64,000 nt of DNA from assembly GCF_009914755.1 (NCBI RefSeq), contig NC_060930.1, one strand, 5' to 3'. The notes under the pieces were generated by a model. It searched no databases and was not told the origin of the DNA. It saw only the letters and a list, made by a program, of their open reading frames with translations. The DNA comes from the human T2T-CHM13v2.0 reference genome, Homo sapiens. Made by a program: the position numbers and the translations under genes. Every line of letters starts with the position of its first letter. Within the stretch, counting starts at the first letter, position 1. Shown one piece after another: positions 61,401-64,000 of this stretch.

Positions 61401-64000
61401 TGATATTGGTCTGTTTGGTGTTTCGATTTCTTTCTGATTCAATCTTGGGAGATTGTATGTTTCCAGGAATTAATCCATTTCCTCTAGATTTTCTAGTTTG
61501 TGTGCATAGAGGTGTTCATATTAGTCTCTGAGGATCTTTTGTATTTCTGTGGGATTGGTTGGAATGTCACCTTTGTCATTTCTGATTGTGCTTATTTGGA
61601 TTTTCTCTCTCTTTTTCTTTTTTAATCTAGCTAGCAGTCTATAGATCTTGTTTATCCTTTCAAAGAACCAACTTTTGGTTTCGCTGATTCTTTGTGTGGA
61701 TTTTTGAGTCTCAATTTTGTTCAGTTGTGCTCTGATTTTAGTTTTCTTCTGCTAGCTTTGGGGTTAGTTTGTTTTTGTTTTTTTCTAGTTCTTCTAGGTG
61801 TGATGTTGGATTGTTGGTTAGTATCTCTGGGATATGGCTTTTGCTATATCGCAGAGATTTTGGGATATTGTGTCTTTGTTTTTATTTATTTCAAAGAATC
61901 TTTTGATTTCAGCCTTGATTTTATTGTTTACCCCAAAGTCATTCAGGAGCAAGTTGTTTAATTTCCATGTAATTGTGTGGTTTTGAGAGATCTTCTTGGT
62001 ATTGATTTCTATTTTTATTCTACTGTGGTCCAAGAGTATGGTTGATATGATTTTGATTTTTAAAAAATTTATCAAGACTTGCTTTATGATTGAGCATGTG
62101 GTTAATCTTGGGGTATGTTCTGTGTGCAGATGAGAAGAATGTATATTTGTGGTCGATATATAGAGTATTCTGTACATATCTATTAGTCCAATTGGTCAAC
62201 TGTTAAGTCCAGAATGTCTTTGTTAATTTCCTGTCAGTGGGGCGTTGAAGTCCCCTACTATTATTGTGTGGCTCTCTAAGTCTTTTTGTAAGTTTATAGG
62301 TACTTGTTTTATGAATCTGGATGCTCCGATGTTGGATACATATATATTTAGGATAGTTAACTTTTATTGAATATAACCCTTTATCATTATGTAATGCCCT
62401 TCTTTGTATGTTTTTGCCGTTGTTGGTTTAAAGTCTATTTAATCTGATAATAAGATTTTTTTGGTCTTTTTTTTCTGCCTTTTTTTTTGGTTTTCTTTTT
62501 GCATGGTAGATCTTTCTCCACCCCTTTACTTGGAGCGTATGGGTGTCATTACATGTGAGATGCGTCTCTTGAAGACAACAGATGGATGGGTCTTGTTTCT
62601 TTATCCAACTTGCCACTCTTTGCCTTGTAAGTGGGGCATTTAGACCATTTACATTCAAGGTTAATATTGATATGTGAAGTTTTGATCCTATTGTGAAGTT
62701 GTTAGCTGTTTGCTTTGTAGTTTCTATTGTTTTTTTCTTTATAGGGTCTGTGGGCTATGTACTTAAGTGTGTTTTTGTGGTAGCAGGTATCATTCTTTTA
62801 TTTCCATATTTAGGACTCCCTTAGGGATCTATTGTAAGGCTGCTCTAGTGGTAACACATTCCTTTGGCACTTGCTTGTCTGGAAAAGATTTTATTTCTTC
62901 TTTGCTATGAAACTTAATTTGGCAGAATATGAAATTCTTGGTTGGAGTTTCTTTTCTTTAAGAATGCTGATAATTGGCTCCCAATCTCTCCTGGTTTGCA
63001 AGGTTTCTGCTGACAGGTCCACTGTTAGCCTGATGGGGTTCCTTTTGTACATAATCTGCCCCTTTTCTCTAGCTGCCTTTAAGATTTTTTCTTTAACACT
63101 GACCTTGGACAGTATGGTGACTATATATGTCTTGGTGATGTTCATTTTGTATATAGTATCTTGCAGGTGTTCTCTGGATTTCTTGTGTCTGGATGTCTAC
63201 CTCCCTGGCAAGATAAGGAAAGTTTCCTTTTTTTTTTTTTTGACATTTTTCACAAATTTATTTATCCATGTTCTAAGGACTAGGGAAGTTTTCTTGAATT
63301 ATTGCCTCAAATATATTTTCCAAGTTGTTTGCTTTTTCTCCTTCTCTCTCAGGAATGCCAATAATTTGAAGGTTTGGTTGCATTACATAATCCCACATTT
63401 CTCAAATAATTTACTTATTTTACTTATTTTTAAAAATTCTTCTTTTTTTTTTTTTTGGTCAGATTGGGTTCGTTCAAAAGACCAGTCTTGAAGTCCTGAA
63501 ATTCTTTCTTCTGCTTGGTCCAGTCCATTTATAAAGCTTTCAATTTTATTTTGAAATTCCTTAAGTGAGCTTTTTAATTCTAGAGGCTCTGATTGATTTC
63601 TTTTTGAGATGTTTATCTCTTCATTTCCTGGATTGCTTTAGAAGTTTCTTTGTCTCAATTTTTAACTTTGTCTTGGATCTCCATGAGCTTCCTTGCAAGC
63701 CATGCTTTGAAGTTGTTTTTTTGTTTGTTTGTTTGTTTGTTTTTTTGATACAGAGTCTCACTCTGCTGCCCAGGCTGGAGTGCAGTCATGTAATCTGAGC
63801 TTACTGCAACCTCCACCTCCCAGGTTCAAGTGATTCTCTGCCTCAGCTTCCTGAGTAGCTGGGATTACAGGCACATGCCACCACGCCCAGCTAATTTTTG
63901 TATTTTTAGTAGAGATGGGGTTTCACCATATTGGCCAGGCTGGTCTCGAACTCCCGACCTCAGGTGATCTGGCCACCTTGGCCTCCCAAAGTGCTGGGAT
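58420..64000 (-). mobile_element. Decayed L1 (L1PB1/L1PA15-16 type): 3' UTR, ORF2 and ORF1, antisense to AFG1L, with Alus at 58998-59286 and 63715-64000
   Basis: ORF track fragments [17 protein letters not shown] (RT), MNVNGLNAPL...CCLQETHL (endonuclease) and KEKILKAAREKGQI...IRLTVDLSAETLQ (ORF1), with many stops. Alu TSD ggtagttctg. Confidence 0.93.

Noticed and set aside
62871-63491. 206-aa ORF on +
   Set aside because: Antisense frame of decayed L1 ORF1.
58420-64000. Active L1 element
   Set aside because: ORF1 and ORF2 are fragmented by many stops, indels and Alu insertions.

Overview
This is human (primate) genomic DNA, Alu/L1-rich and intron-dominated. The + strand carries five consecutive internal coding exons of AFG1L (LACE1), the mitochondrial AFG1/ZapE-family AAA+ ATPase: 9228-9451, 32390-32441, 41055-41156, 42091-42221 and 51637-51736. 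All are GT-AG, phase-compatible, and together encode Walker A (GDVGTGKT, split by an intron) and Walker B (LLCFDEFQ). The start and end of the gene lie outside the window. The introns hold two processed pseudogenes (RPL36A on +, TOMM5 on -), dozens of Alus including a young AluYa5-like copy, ERV/MaLR LTRs, DNA transposon remnants, L2/CR1 relics and a ~5.6 kb antisense L1PB-type element. Nearly all tracked ORFs are repeat read-throughs. I found no new multi-gene system. The most interesting signals are: a candidate poison exon with tandem in-frame TGA-TAA-TAG; a competing 3' splice site that would delete two residues from the Walker A P-loop; two insertions with fold-back junctions (one an inverted copy of nearby sequence); a tiny retro-inserted mRNA 3' end inside L1; and an Alu-free, motif-dense block that looks like a developmental enhancer cluster. 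Repeat boundaries and subfamilies were read by eye and are approximate.
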